Of a stretch of 64,000 bases of DNA, positions 14,142 to 29,500 are shown piece by piece. The position numbers were made by a program, and so were the translations under genes. The notes under the pieces are model-generated. The model worked only from the letters and a program-made list of their open reading frames with translations, ran no database searches and was not told the DNA's origin. Origin of the DNA: Trichoplax adhaerens (lineage: Eukaryota > Animalia > Placozoa); assembly GCF_000150275.1 (NCBI RefSeq), contig NW_002060954.1:620001-684000 (forward strand), read 5' to 3'. Every line of letters starts with the position of its first letter. Position 1 is the stretch's first letter.

Positions 14142-17100
14142 ATGAAATCTGCAAAGCGCTCGGAATCAAATTCGAATTGTTTTAAAGATGGCCACATTGA
14201 TGCCCATTCTCTGACCGTAGCTTCTACCGGACCGAATTGTACAAATCTGACCACCACTACACATCGTGATCATTCTGCCATCAAACTCTCATTAGAAAGT
14301 AGAGATTTGTGGCAAAAATTCAACGAGTGTAAAACGGAAATGATTATTACCAAGCAAGGAAGGTACACAGTGAACCGATTTTAATATACTTACAGTATAT
14401 TCTTATATACTGTACAGTACTGTATTGACCGTCGTTTTGTTTACCGATTACATTATTATTAAATAATATAATTGCCGGTTTACTCTAGTATTTATCTTTA
14501 CTATGTGGTCATGTATTGCACAGTGGTACCGTAATACGTCATCGAAATCTATCAGTTCAATACCTTCACATCTCGAGTTTGGGCATTACGTTGCTGTCCT
14601 TTATAACATACTATACGTACACTAAATTAATCAATATCGTAAAATCACTCTGCAGAGTAATACAGATAGTGAATTAGAAAAGCTTGAGCAAATTCGTACG
14701 TAGCCATTAAGTTTAACACGAAGCTGCAAAAGAGTTGACATACTGTACTGTATATAAGACAGCTTAAAACCTATTTAAGCTAATTTCTTCAACTTTCTAG
14801 TCTTTCAATTAGTTCAGGATGTAGCTTCACTATAGCGTTTCGTATAGAAAAAGTTAAAATTACCTTATGTGTATCTTTATACCCATAAAAACTTTATATT
14901 ACATCACGTTCAATGATCTAACTGATGAATGCATCTTGGTGTGTCCATCTTGTGAAAATAAATAGAAACTACAATATATAGTATCTGCCCAAAAAGCCAT
15001 GCAAATTTTATATCGTACTACATTTAGAGCTGCGAGTACTGTTTCGTGAATAAATAGTACAAAGATTTAAAATAAGATGCGATTTTATTAATTTTACAAT
15101 ATTGATACTGATTCTATTTCATGTATTATAACTGATACTGGACAGACGCATGTTTCCAACTATTAAAGTAAGCGTAAGTGGAATGGATACAAAAGCAAAG
15201 TATCTAGTATTAATGGACGTCATAGCTGTTGATGAAAATCGCTATAAATATCAGCACAATCAATGGACAGTCGCAGGCAAGGCAGAACCAGCTATTCCTA
15301 ATCGCTATTACTTTCATCCTGACTCACCGAGCACTGGAACACAATGGATGCGTCAAGTAATTTCATTTCAAAAATTAAAAATAACAAACAATCAAATGGA
15401 TCCCTTCGGACACGTAGGATTCTTACGGAATCATTTTACTAATTTTAATTTTAAGTAATAAATAATTAATTAGATTAAACCGACATGATTAACGTTCAAT
15501 GATTACTTTATTTCTCGTTCTATAGATCATTTTAAATTCTATGCATAAATATCAACCGAGAATTCATATTATACAAGTTTGCGGTCAAGATAAATTCTCT
15601 CCTTGCGTTAGCAAAGCCAGTGTTTTCGTCTTTAGCGAGACCCAATTTATTGCCGTGACGGCTTATCAGAATTCACAGGTAAAACAGGAATTTTACGCAC
15701 GTTATTTATCAATTAAATGGTCAAAAATTTCTGTGTTAGAGAACCTAATAAATTTCCCTAATAGCGTACTCTACATTTTATGATCGTTATACTTCCGCAT
15801 ATTACCGTATATCAAATATTTGCTTTAAAATTTATGTAATATTTTCGATAATACAATCAGATTACAGATTTAAAAATTCAGTATAACCCCTTCGCCAAAG
15901 GATTTCGATGCGGTAAAACCAGTGAACGTCGCCCAAGGCGGTTAGTTAATCACAAATACTTGGATGATAACAAATTAAAATTCTTGAAAAACAGCACAGA
16001 TAGATTTATTGAAAAAAATCGTTATAATTCTTTCTAATAAAGCGTAAATATTAGTAGGCGATCACTAATACTTATATTAACCGAGTGCAAATGCTGTTAA
16101 ACACTTATATACGCTACAATTTGATAATTTTAAAATGTATAACTGTTCACTAAAATAGTCGTAAGAAAATACCGGCATGCGCATCTGATCTTAGCAGCTA
16201 TAACCCTACACCAAGCTCAAGTTCTAGTAAAGAAGATATGGAAGAGGTAAGCAACGGAGAAATGATACACCACGAACATCACCTGCAACCGGCGCACTCT
16301 TTCCATCTTGAAAAAGAAATGACAAGCATCTTTGGGAACGGAGAAAACAGTGATAATCCCATCTATCGTATTCCTGTGGATCACCTGCATTCATCAGGTA
16401 ATATGCACGTGTAGCTATATATAAATACTTACTCACGATACCGGCTGTTCTAATGAAAACGATAATCTGAAGCTAGCTTCTTAGAGAGTATGCATATCGG
16501 CCAAATTTTCGCGATTGGATATAATAGATCTAAATAGAAAACAATTGTCGTATCAAAATTTAAGAATTTTACGATCATGCAATAAAATGTACCGTATAGA
16601 AAAAAATATACTACAGAACGCTACAGTCAAAAGATTCTTACCATTTATTATTACTCACAAACAATTGTTCACTGCTAGTAAAATTTGACTTTATAATTAT
16701 TGTCGTTATCAACTATCAATTTATTTTCATTTGTTTAGATGATAGCAGCTTCATCATATCTTCCAGCGATAAGCAGCCCAAAGAAGCCAAAATAACACCT
16801 ATTTGCAACAATGTAGAATTGTATGGTAGTAATAATGGATCTTATTTTTATGATAATTCACTGCCCTTAGATTACAATACTTCGTTTCCGATTAACATTA
16901 ACGGTAGCAACTTTGGAAGTTACAATGCTTCAGTAAATGATAGTAGCAGTAGTAACTGCAGCATTAATGGTAGTAATAGTAGCTTGTGTAGTAATGGCAG
17001 CAATATGATGGCAAATATAATGACTCCACCGTGGAATGATGAGTTCAATCATGCTAGCGATCCTTCGAATACTTACTGTTCATCATATGACATTAACCAC

Positions 17101-17514
17101 GGAAATCCGGTGATATCGTGCAATCTTCAATCGCTAGGATATCAGTGTAGTAACATTGTTACCAATGTAATGCAATCTCCTCATCAAGATATATTGTGTA
17201 ACTCTCATCAAACCTCACAACTATCTCAACAAATGCAGCAACAACATGATAACAATAATTGTTCGTCAACCTATCTATTATCGGATATAAATACCCCAAT
17301 TACTCAAACTGTGCATACGAACATCGCTACTATCCATGCTACCAATTACACTGATCTGATTGGCACATCCGTATCAGCTATAACTCCAACAAGTGGCACT
17401 TTACAAAGGAGAAACTGCATTCTTTCAAGTAGTACCAATAGTTCCAATAATATAATTCCTGCACAGCATCCCTTGTGCCATAATATTAATAGTAATGACA
17501 TCCAATACTGGTAG
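14142..17514 (+). CDS. Tbx4/5: T-box transcription factor, most likely Tbx4/5 class; ~578 aa, 6 coding exons
   Basis: Exons 14142-14362, 15146-15413, 15526-15678, 15861-15940, 16159-16397, 16739-17514. GT-AG introns, 1737 nt in frame. The T-box has Tbx4/5-type motifs GKAEPA, WMRQxxSFQKLK and [17 protein letters not shown]. Basic RRPRRRKK follows the T-box, then an N/S/Q-rich tail. It lies directly downstream of Tbx2/3 as in the known cluster. An acceptor-like AG at 14137-14138 suggests a further upstream exon, so the start codon is less certain. Confidence 0.8.
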
Positions 17515-20500
17515 ATTTATGATACTGCTTTGACATCAACTAAAATTGACGGTCATGTTGATGCTCAGATATAAGGTATAATTTAAATTTCGGCAAAAAC
17601 GCAGTCCGGAAGAGTCCCGCCGAAGTGAGTTTGATGTAATTTCTTTGATATCGCTGAGGCCTTGTAAGTTTTAAATTTAGCTAACAATTTTTACTCGTTA
17701 ACTGTATGTCCGTTTACTTAATATACAGTCGATATATCTATCTACCATGTGATATTATTGCTTAGGATCATATCGCGGATTCAATTGTAAAATTGACCTA
17801 ATTACTGTTAATGCCCGATTACGATAACTGTGTTATATTTAAATTAGAGTGTTAATAATTATAATATACTAATCAAAGCAAGAAGGGATATTTGTTAAAA
17901 CGATATGATAACAAATATAATGCTGTAGTAGTAATATAACCTACTGTTTAGCTTTATCTTTAGTCTAGAAATTTCTTAAATTAAAGCCAAATTACGGCTA
18001 AATTTATTTAGCCTATTGTTTACATTTTATAAATTCCATGGTTTTCATGGTGAGCAAGTCTTAATTGACTATTAATGAAGAATGAGAAAATGAAGGCTTA
18101 ATTGCGTCATTTCTTACTTTCTTACTGATTGTTACGAAGTTAAGCAATGCTTTCAAAATTGTAAGATTATACTATTATAATTATAATAGTATAATGCATA
18201 TAAGTTTGTGCGTATGGAAATTAAAAGGTAATTGGAATCATATTATTAGGAGTAATTAACATTAGTATAAACTAATTTCTAGTTGGAACGTGATTTAAAG
18301 TAGCCTCCAAATAAGTTCACCCAACAATGTTATACCGAACTAGAGTGTCAAGCGCCTGTCATATGACTACATCCGATAACGATATCGAAATCCTAAAATT
18401 ATTGCATCGACGAAATACTAAGTAGACTCCGATTATTTATGTAGTGTAACTTATTATACGGATCTTATCAAACATAAGGAAAAAATTATAGTGTAGAATG
18501 CGACACTTAATGATATGGATGTATTGCAAATTAGTAATATGGAACTTTTTATAAAACTTTTCTAAAGCGGACAAATTGAAGATAGCGTTACGTAATGCAG
18601 TTTATACTAGATATATACTGTAGTTAAAATGAAATCTTGTTGTTATACGCTAAATGCAAAGACTGCAAAGAATCAGCTTTCATGATGTAGAATAATTGTC
18701 TAGAGTCACTGAATTAGTTAGTCACTAGATGGTCAAATTGATAACCAACTAACACGACGATCACGGATATATAAGCGCTTGCTAATACGATGATGACTGA
18801 CTAGTGACTATGGCTACTGTGAATGCTATAATATCGGTAGGTATGGCTATACAAGCTTCTGATCATAGAGCTCAATTAATTGGATGACAGATATGCTACA
18901 CAATTTATCAGCAACAATGTCTGGCTAAATGTACGAATTGGCTGGATTGCAAACGCATAAGGAAATGATGAGTGCACATGTTCACTAAACCATAAAGGTC
19001 ATATGGATGACCGTATGATACGACCAAATAGGGTCTATCTCTTGTTCGATTAGGTACAGCTGTATTATAGTTGTGATAGATTATAAAGCTCTAAATGTAA
19101 ATTACTTCATAACAAACGTTCACTATTATAAGTCCTAGAAATCAGTAGTCTTCATCAAGGAAATCAAAATACTTTAATTTATTGCAGTTAAATTTCAATA
19201 TTGCACCAGCGTCTATTGTTCTACTATTTTATTGAAAATTATAAACAAAACTACAGTATTACGCTTATAACTCTACAATTATAAATTTCAGGTCATATGG
19301 TTCTCGTAATTATAAATCATTGTAACTGAAAATGGCATCGAAGTTGAGTACTATGTTCAGAAGAACTCTATGGTGATGTTACTTTAGAGAATTACTCTAT
19401 TTTTGCAACTCAAATTTCAAGTTTCTAAATTATACATTACGCAGTAATGTCATCTGATATTTCAATCACTGACATAATCATACTATTCTATTAGTAGTTA
19501 TGGAGCTAAATAAAATCGCTCCGAAGCAAAACTTTTATATTTGGACGTAAAGAAAGTAGATAAAATTCGTGGTAGAAGAAAATTTATTTCATTTACTGTA
19601 GGTTTTGTAGAATTAGACCGAAACAAAGATAACAATTGTAGTTAATGGTTATTACTGTTTGAAGACTCCTTAGCATAGTCTTCTAGATGATACACGTAAG
19701 AATTGCAGTGCACTAGTAACATGATTTCTTTCTAGTGGCTGAACTATTCTAACTGTTTCAAGAATTACAATACGTAAATATTTCTACTAAAGTTTATCGA
19801 TATTAAAGCACAATGGAACGACTATTAGAGTATCATCTACCCTTCTATGTCTACTAAATTCCTTTAAATGGATATTTGCTTCTACAGAATTCTAGAAAGA
19901 CTAATCTAGTAACATTTATACGAGATACAATGATTATGATTGGTCAGTAGGAAAGAATTTATTCTCTTCGATGAGTCATTTGTCCTAGGTGCTTCTATTA
20001 TTAATAAGAAAAGCCGAGCAAGAACTTAGCAAATCACCAACTTCTAATTTGTCAAGTTGAATTATCTCAGGCCTACTATGATTATAATCTAAGTTATGTT
20101 TAATACTTTAGTATTATTATAAAACTCATCCCTAACCTATTAGTATCACTTAGGAATATCTTTTGAATGGCATCTTTGAAACACCTACAATAAAGATTTT
20201 CGAAAAAACGTACATAATAGTAAAGACGAGAGTAATAGAAGTTAAAGCCCATGCAAGCGAAAGATGCTCAAACAGAACATTTTAGATCGATTTTCGTTAA
20301 GCCATCAACTATGAACAATTAATACTGAAATGAAATTGATTACCACACTTGTAATTGGCTTATTTACCATATAATCGATATCAAAATTTTATCTAAAAAA
20401 CAACTTACTGAGCTGATTGTCATCGCGAGTCATCAAGTCAACAGTAAATTTAGAAGCTAGAGCAGAGGCAATTTCTATCAATTAAAATATAAATTCAATA

Positions 20501-23500
20501 TTTAATATCTGCCAAATAATCCAAATCAAATAATTATACACGCCCACCTTCAGTGCGAACAAATCGTGCAGCGGCTCCTAGTATACGATATAGGAAAGTT
20601 AAGTAAGAAAGAATTTACAGAACGAGTCGTAAACTCTGTCTAACTAAAAGCAGTGAAACTTCCATTACTAATAATTTGAGAAGTACAGTATTTTGATAAC
20701 AACTGAAGTACAAAGTTCGGATTATCTATAAAGTTTTAGATTCTTTATTTCAGCGTTGACTCTACTACAAAACAAAATGCAAAATCATAACTAATAATAT
20801 CTTATATCTGATAAACGTATTTCAGGCTAAAACCAATCTGACTACAAAATTGGTAACAATACATATATGTACACACAATATAATGATCTTAATCAGATTA
20901 GCCAACATAGATTTGTTCTATCACTCTCAACTTAGACCAAGGAATTCAAAATTAAAGGCCATCAAACAAATTGCATAAGAAATTATTATACCTAATTTTG
21001 CTCTCAGAATCCTCTCAAACGATCGTTCAACATTTCTTTTCGACTCCAATGGTAAAAGATTAACTATAATCACGTAATCAATTTAGTAAGGAATGTCGTT
21101 AAGATTAACGTTATCAATTTATTTAAAGTTAGCTTTGAATTTAAACTAATCAACCGCTTAAAATTTCTAAAGTTTATAAGAAGCAAATGAGTTAACGATG
21201 AAAAATTGGATTAAGTTTTTATGAATTGTATTTAAATTTCATCTATTATAGACTCGACTACTATCTGCATGCCCTTCATCTGCTAGCTTATAATTGTTTG
21301 AGACTCAAATGATAATGGTTAATTTTTACTAAAAATAATCTAATATTATAATTCTTGAAAATAAACTGATAATATAAATTCAATACAAGTAAAAATTCTC
21401 AAAGTTGGCTACTTCTTACTCGGTGGAAAATCTATAATAAACGTTAAACAAGAACAGCACAATTAAGATACTGATAACTGCCACATAATTAAGTCACAAA
21501 ATTTTAAAATTGAGATAAGAGATTGAAGAATAGTTTCCACGTTAGATCTTTTCGTACCGTCAGATTGATGGGCGTCGATCAAGGTAAGAAAAAAAACGAA
21601 TAAAACCAAAAGTATTGTAATTTTTGCCATGGTTGACGGGAAACTATAATTTAAAATGTAAGTGTAAGACTATTTGAATCATTTGGCAATAAAGTACTTA
21701 TACGTCAATTATTATCCAACTTACACCAAGAATAATACTTCTACGGTTTTAAAATACTTGAGAAACTGGTTAAGTATAAATCACTGAAAATACATACGAT
21801 ATATAGTTGAATACATTATATACGAAGCAAGATATTAGCAATTTAATTATAAGATTTCGATAAAAGACTTAATAAAGGTTCAGTAAATGTTAGCTCATGT
21901 TAATGCCATTAATTCAGCTATTGCTTAAATAATTAAAAAATACGCAATATAGGCTTCCTAAGACTCGCTGTCATTAATTTTTAATATAAAAATGGGCTAA
22001 ACCAGGAAAGGTACAGTACTGATTTTGCAAACTTTCAACAGATTAGTAGTAAAACAGGCAGGAACTTGATAACAACAGGTTTGCTCATCTTATGGAAAGA
22101 ATATTCGTTAGCGTTTATATTAAAAGCCATAACTACTGTAGGTTTCCTAATTAGACTATACAGAACTCAATGGTCGCGGTAGAACCAAATTCGTTCCAGA
22201 GTTTACAATAGCAGATATTACACATAATACGTTATATGATCTAGACTTTAATATTTTTGCACCATTTTGCTAATGAATGTGATATAAGCACATAAAAAGA
22301 ATAGACTCGATTAGATAATACATATGCTCGTATTGTAATTAATGATATCAACTTTTTCATGCTAGCTTAAAGAAAATTTAAGCTATGATTACCGGTCATA
22401 AAATTACTATTAGCAGATATGAATTATGATTTAAATTTAGCCATGCGATTCTAATTTTAGGATACTATACATAAATAAATAAATTTACCAGAATTCATAT
22501 GAGTAAAAACTTTAAAGATTATTTAAAAAGAAATCAGGTAAAATGAGTACAAGTAATTTAACTGAATCGAATCCAAATTCTAATAACTTTTTATCTGCAA
22601 ATTTTTAAAATAAAAAATACTGGTACATATAGCATATAACATGCGCATATTACCTAAAATGATTTAACTTTCAAACTGAGAAGAAAGGTATTTAATTTAG
22701 CTGTACGAAATGAAAATTGCCATACGGTAACTTTTAAGAAATTGTACTAACGTCAGTCTGAAATCATATTATATTACCTCGCTATCTACGTTTATTTGAA
22801 TAACTTACGTGCAAAATTTTAAGAAGGTTCGAAGAGCAAAACGAAATTACTTCTTTTCAGTATATCTTTGAAGTATCAGTAACTAGAAAACTTCTGGTTT
22901 AAGCCAAAATTAGTTAGTGATCTATAATTCTGATAAACATCCTTATATAGGCTAGGGTCGGAAACTGTGAAGATAATAGAAGAGAAAATAGACGGGATAT
23001 CATTGCTCAAAATAAAAAAGCCTTCTTCTTATTTAATTGATGATTGGTAGATATAAATTGCGTGATATTCCATTATTATCAGGTTAAAATAAAATAACAT
23101 TACATTTTAAATCTATAAACTTATTTTTAAACGTCATATTTGATCTAACTTGTCAACAGCCATCTCTCGCTGACATATTCCCTGAAATATATATCCGCTA
23201 ATTATTGTTTGAGCCTGTCAAAAGCGTCCGACAGCAACTGATTTTAAATGACAGGTATTAACATGGCAACCTAAAGTCAAGGAAATAACCTAAATTATCT
23301 TTATGTAGAACTAAATTTCTACGGTATATAAGTATAAATTGAACTCATTGTTTTCCTAATGGCGTATAAGCTATTTTTATCAATAGTAACAGAAACCTTC
23401 AATATTTAACCATCGACATTATATGGTGCCTATTATTTGTGATTTATGAAACCGTAGCAGTCACGATATCTAATTATCCCTTTAATTCTTATCAATCCGA

Positions 23501-26500
23501 TTATTACGTATAATTAAAGCATCATATTACATTCGCCTATAAGTAGTATACCATTTGTTAGTATCGATATGTCTACTTGTAAAACTAAGGTCAATGTGCA
23601 AGACGAACCACTCATGGCACCTTAGAAGTGACGTTTAAATTATTAATAATCAATTATAACTATTGATTTACTTTGTTCTTTCTTTTCTTCGAATCAAAAT
23701 ATAACATTTTTTCTACTCAATTTTAATGATGATACTTATGAATAGAGTTCATAATTAATAGTTTTGTAATCCGATACCTGATAATAAAATAGTAAAGAAG
23801 CTTTAAAAAATCATTAAACTTATCCAATTAAAATGTTTGCCCTCAGAAGTTTTATTATTCAAAATATATACTGCTGGAGTATTTTAAGAATCATATCGCA
23901 ATTGAGAAATTATGAGGTTTTCGAATGACATTATCTTCAATTTTAAATTTTGTAGATTCTATAAATATAATTCGTATAAAGTTTAACCTTAGTATTACTG
24001 GAGGAAATTTTACAATACAATTTATAATGTGAATATGAAGGAAACGAAAATGTTCAATAGCAACAAGAAATAACAATAGTGAGAACAATCGCTAAAATAG
24101 TAATTTTCGCAATTGCAGGTATTACTTCTTTAAATTGCGATTCCAAAATCGATCTTTTGTTTTATTTTTTCTGATGTTGATAAATACGGATCATCTGAAG
24201 TATTATTTTGCTCTCTATGAATATAAACAGGCTGATTTCAAGATAAGACAGACCTTTCACCAGCTTTGTTACTTCGATGATAACCGGGATAACATGTTTT
24301 GAAGTTATTTCTGGAAATAAAATATCTACACAAATCCTTTCATTATACCTTTGCAACTTTTGTAGACAAAATATTGGTTACAAAGCATGGATAATTATCC
24401 AGATGTTTGAGATTTTGGTATAAAATAAACTTACAATTATACATCACGTGTACTTAAGCTTAAATAAATAGATTTAGATAAGGATGTATATAAAATGCCA
24501 TTATACAGGACCATATTATTAATTTATGTTGATTTAAAGTAGGATAAGTTAACTGCTTTACTTGGTATTATATTAGCTCTTACAAATATTGGTTCATCTT
24601 AAAAATAGAAATAAGTTAATTAAAACTGTATAGCCAAACAAAGAAAGTTAACTAATGAAAATAACATTATACGATGGTGAATCATTTGTTATCGATTCGC
24701 AAACTTGATAATAGTTTAAGTTTTAACTTATAAGATACATTACCTAATACCATAAATATAATCAAAATATTAATTATCTTTATTAGTTCACATACAATCT
24801 TTTGTTTTGTTCTGTGATATTGATTTGATTATTTATCGATCTTTTTCATCATTTATGCAAGCTCCACTGAAAGCTCCGCAACTTTAGAAAGAACTTGAGT
24901 TACAAAAATTCATAAATCAGACTATCGCTCTAAACAAAATTTTAGTAGCAGTGCTTTGACTAGAAGGCATGATAAATATAAGTCTGATCTATTAAATCAT
25001 TTATAGTATAATATTCTACTTTTCAACTCCATTGAGTAAACTAAGTAATACGAAAAGTGCAAATAATATTTCAAGAACTGCCAAGAATATGTCGTTAACA
25101 TGCAGGCCATTGTCATATTAAAATATAATTTTGTTACATTAAAATTTGTTTCTATTATTTTATCTGGAATAATGTATAATTTAGATATGAACCAAAATTA
25201 TGGCAGTACTTGTATTTGTGGTGAAGATATAATACATAAATTATTTTTAGTTCAATGTCAGTATTCGGAACAGCAGCAGTAGTAATTATAAAAGATGAAT
25301 TTACTTCATGTACTCTGGTTAGTATTGCTTGTTTACGGGTATTGCAGCAGTCACTTGGATATCATTTTACCCGTGTGTTGACTTGAGTAGTCATTTAAGG
25401 ATGTAAATCGTTTTTACAACTTTGCTAGTTAGAGTAAATTGGACATCCACTTTCATTTAAGTTTTAGATTGCACAGATAAGATAGAAAGTGAAATGAAAT
25501 ATTATTATGATATGAATACTAGACATTTAAAATAGAAATTAATGATCTTTTGAATATAGTATTGTATCATTCTTTATTGTCATAATATTAAAAATCCATC
25601 AATCTTGATATACAGAACCAATGTTATAACAGTTGTTTAGCTTTTGAAATAACCATGATTGACTATTGATGGATACTGCCTTTATCAATACAAATATTAT
25701 GTAACCAAGAGAAATGTATATGTTGATGATACATGTCAACGAAATTGGTTATTTTTCCTACTACTTCCACAATCTTTGAGTGTTCAATATAGTTATAATG
25801 TAACTAAACCAAAATAAGATGCGAAATTTTAGCAATAATACGAGTGATTTGCTACAGCAATCTCATGCTATATGATTTTATTTTTGATTTCATCTCTTAA
25901 TACTTAAAGCACATACTAATCCAATCCCGTCTCTACATCTGTAATAAAGTGTCTTCACAAAAATAAACAAGAACCACAATTTCTTTTAAATTTTACTTTA
26001 CTTCATTGCTTAGGTTCATTTAATTACTACCAAGAGCTATTTCTAGACTATATACAATCTTACAATCTCATATATAATTTGCCTATTTTTGCATAATCTA
26101 ACAACTTTAGTCTTAGATATATTTGGGGCTAGACTACATGTCTTCTCTATATCATAATTAAGATTTACTGCACCGTTCTTTCGCTAAATTAAGACTTTCG
26201 TTATTATTTCTATTCTATTGATTCTGCTTCAGATCACTTACTTCATAAATTTGCTCAATTACTGATACTTCGCTGTTTGATTCAAGCAATCAGCTTACTA
26301 ATTAAGAAAATTCAGTAATTTATCACTTCTGTTACGAATGCTTTGTAAGCCATAATGATAAGGACAAATGAGCTTGATAAACGCTATTTCACTGATTTCT
26401 AAAGCAGGTCTTAATTACGGTTCATATGTACAGAAATGAATTCGTAATCCATAACATCCCTTTTTGTCTCGAAGTTAAATGAATTCATAAAATAACAGAA

Positions 26501-29500
26501 TAAATTAATTACTGGATTTATCTATAATAATTGACAATTGTAACAAAATTAAATGAGTTGTATCACTCTAGTTCGTAGTTATTAATTGTTAACTAATGAA
26601 ATTTAGATTTTATTTCAGACTTATCGTAATAAGGTTATTGTTATGGTTGAATGCGAAATATGTATGGCTGTCTCAGTGAATAGTTTACAGTGTGAATTTG
26701 GTAACAATTTCTTTATTTATAGGTGGCAATGCATATATGCGAGCATAATTTTCCTGTTTCAATATTGATATCAACACCCGAAAAATCTGCCTTTTGCACT
26801 TCATTCTTACCTACGCTTCAGCATTTGTTGAAAAATTGGCTATTCTAAAAAACACAAAAATTCTAGCTTTTAATTAGTTAGTGATTCATTATTTATAATT
26901 AATGGACGCCTAGGATATTTATTTGAAATTTTAGTTCTTCTTGGGTATTGTATTGAAATTTTTGAAGCTACCACCCTTCTAGAAATTCTAGATTAGTGCA
27001 AGTTAGATGCTGTAAATATGCCTCAAACGTTGACCAGATCAATGAGTTCTAGAATTGACATTCAATATACACATAAGCAACAAATGTAAGGGCCCTGAGG
27101 AGATACTGTATAAAATATTAACTTATACTATACAATCGGAGTATAAGAATTTTGAAGGAAAATCTTATTGTAGTCACAAATCTATAGGTTCTGTATATAT
27201 TCAAAAATCTTATATGAGGAAGAAAAAAATTCTAGTAATACTAGTCGTAACTGAAGAAAACTGAAACTCTGCCTTCGGTTCCTTATCATGAGCACAGCTG
27301 ACAGTGCGAAGATTTACTAGCGTCTTCTTAATTGTCATTACTATTATGTTTTTAAATATTTATCGCGCACAGATATAATTGATAGGCAATAAATTGTCAT
27401 CAAAACGAGACAGAGTTGTCGATCCATAGCTTTCAGTAAAACATTGAGATACTGTGTTAACACAACATAAAGTGTTTCAATTCGTATAGATTTCGTTAAA
27501 TACGTATATATGTCTCATATGGAGAGTATTAATTATTTATGGATGTTTATAGTAAAATTTTACATCAATATTGCTTAGGCATAAATATTGATAATTAGGG
27601 TAGTATTATTTAATAATCAAAATCACAGTATAAAATCTTCACATTACTTCACCAATACTAGTAATTATACTTATCTGGATCAAGTTGATTTAAATTCCCA
27701 TCCGTTAGTAAAATTTGTATTATTAAAGTCTTTAATATCATTTGTTTAATAAAAATTTAACTTACTAATAACTTCAAATTTAAGAAAACTAAATATACCC
27801 CCATATTACTTTTTATGTTACGGTAATAAACTGATGTCCGGTTGCAATACAATAGAATAAAGTTTAATTGCTAATAGATTCAACAAAAAAGATTTAACAA
27901 ATATGAATATATACTACTGAGAAAAGAGATAAGCTAAAGTTTAATTAATATTATCAGACTATACAGACTATACCGTAAACAAAGATACCGTATTCTACTC
28001 AGTGACACATTTACTGTGTGTATCATGGAATCTTTTAAAGTAGATTTTACGTACTAACTTTTTCATTTTAATTGCATTTTGGATACCATTTGTTCTGTAA
28101 AGATTCAGTATTCTAAGCTTTCTGAAGGCGTAAATATTTTATGTAGTTAAATATGACATAGATAAACAATACAATCGAAATTAGACACATAGAAATCGAC
28201 ATTTATTGGCTGTTATTAACGATTATATTCACTCTTCGTCTAGAAATATTTTATTACGAAATTTTGTAAATATAGTCACGGACGTGCGATCGTTTGTTTA
28301 TTAACTTAGAAATCCAATAAATCGACAAGATTTTATGTTTTTATATAAAAACTCTGTAAATTTTAAGTTTTAATGATTAAGTTGAGAGATCCACTGAAAA
28401 TAACTTCTAACGCATCGGTGATAGTAAATAAAGTAAAAAATTCTAACTGCTAAATATTTTGTATATTCACGAATAGTAACAAACATTTTAGATAAGTGTG
28501 TTCGGTTTTTATTTAATTCTACTTGCATTAATTAATTAAGCTATCTGCAAACGACTAATTTTATAACTTTGAAAAGTTATATAGATAAAATATTTCGTCA
28601 GATCGAATAAAAATTATTTGGCTACGTGATTTTGCCATAAATTTATAATGTATAGTTGGGGTGTCAATAGTTTAAGGATCATACAATGAAGTAGTTTGTT
28701 TATCGAAAATATCTTACATTGAGAATAACTAATAAAGGTCCACTTAAAAGTAATATTAAATAAAATCGGCTATTTGCATATTACCAACTATAATAACTTT
28801 GAACAAAATCAAATAATAACTCGTTTTTAGCTGCTTTAATCTTTGCTCATTAGATGTTTTTTTATTCTTGTATAAATAGATATAAATGTTATGCCTGTAT
28901 TTGTTAAAAGTATTTGTTATTACAATAGACATAAGGTATGATATTTAAATCTGATCATTTCTTATTTAATTTAATTATAGGCTGCTATATAGAATCATGA
29001 ATAGAATGAAATAGGACATCAAATTGTAAGCTTTAATACCTGTAAATATTTTCTGAAAGTCCTTATTTAATTAAATATGTAGAACATGAGGGTATGAGTG
29101 CATTGTATATAGTCTAAGTACGCATACATTTTGTTGAATTGGTAGATATTTGCATTCAAATTTCTATTATAAGTGAGCCCTAGAGCTATTAAATTAACTG
29201 CATTTTGATAGTAAAGAAAGCCAGTATCAAATAAGAGCAATGATATTCACGATTATGAGTAGGTCGAATTAAATTCAGCTGCCGTAATTATATAAGGCCG
29301 TTAATTTCTGGCAAACTTTTAGTTTTATGGCTGACAAGAAAAAGATTAAAACATTTCCTCATATGTTAGCAGTTATTGAAATGAAATGACCCTAGACGAT
29401 TTCAAAGAGGCTTACAGAAATATTAGTATCACATTTAATACTTCCGCTTCTTTTATCTTTCGCTGTAGAAATATATACGAGTATACTGTATATTTAAGTT

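Noticed and set aside
14142-15940. Assignment of the second T-box gene to Eomes/Tbr or Brachyury
   Set aside because: [23 protein letters not shown], the exon structure shared with Tbx2/3 and the position next to it favour Tbx4/5.
20540-20583. Helitron 3' end (weak hairpin followed by CTAGT)
   Set aside because: The hairpin is weak, and no second copy, 5' end or Rep/helicase remnant is visible.
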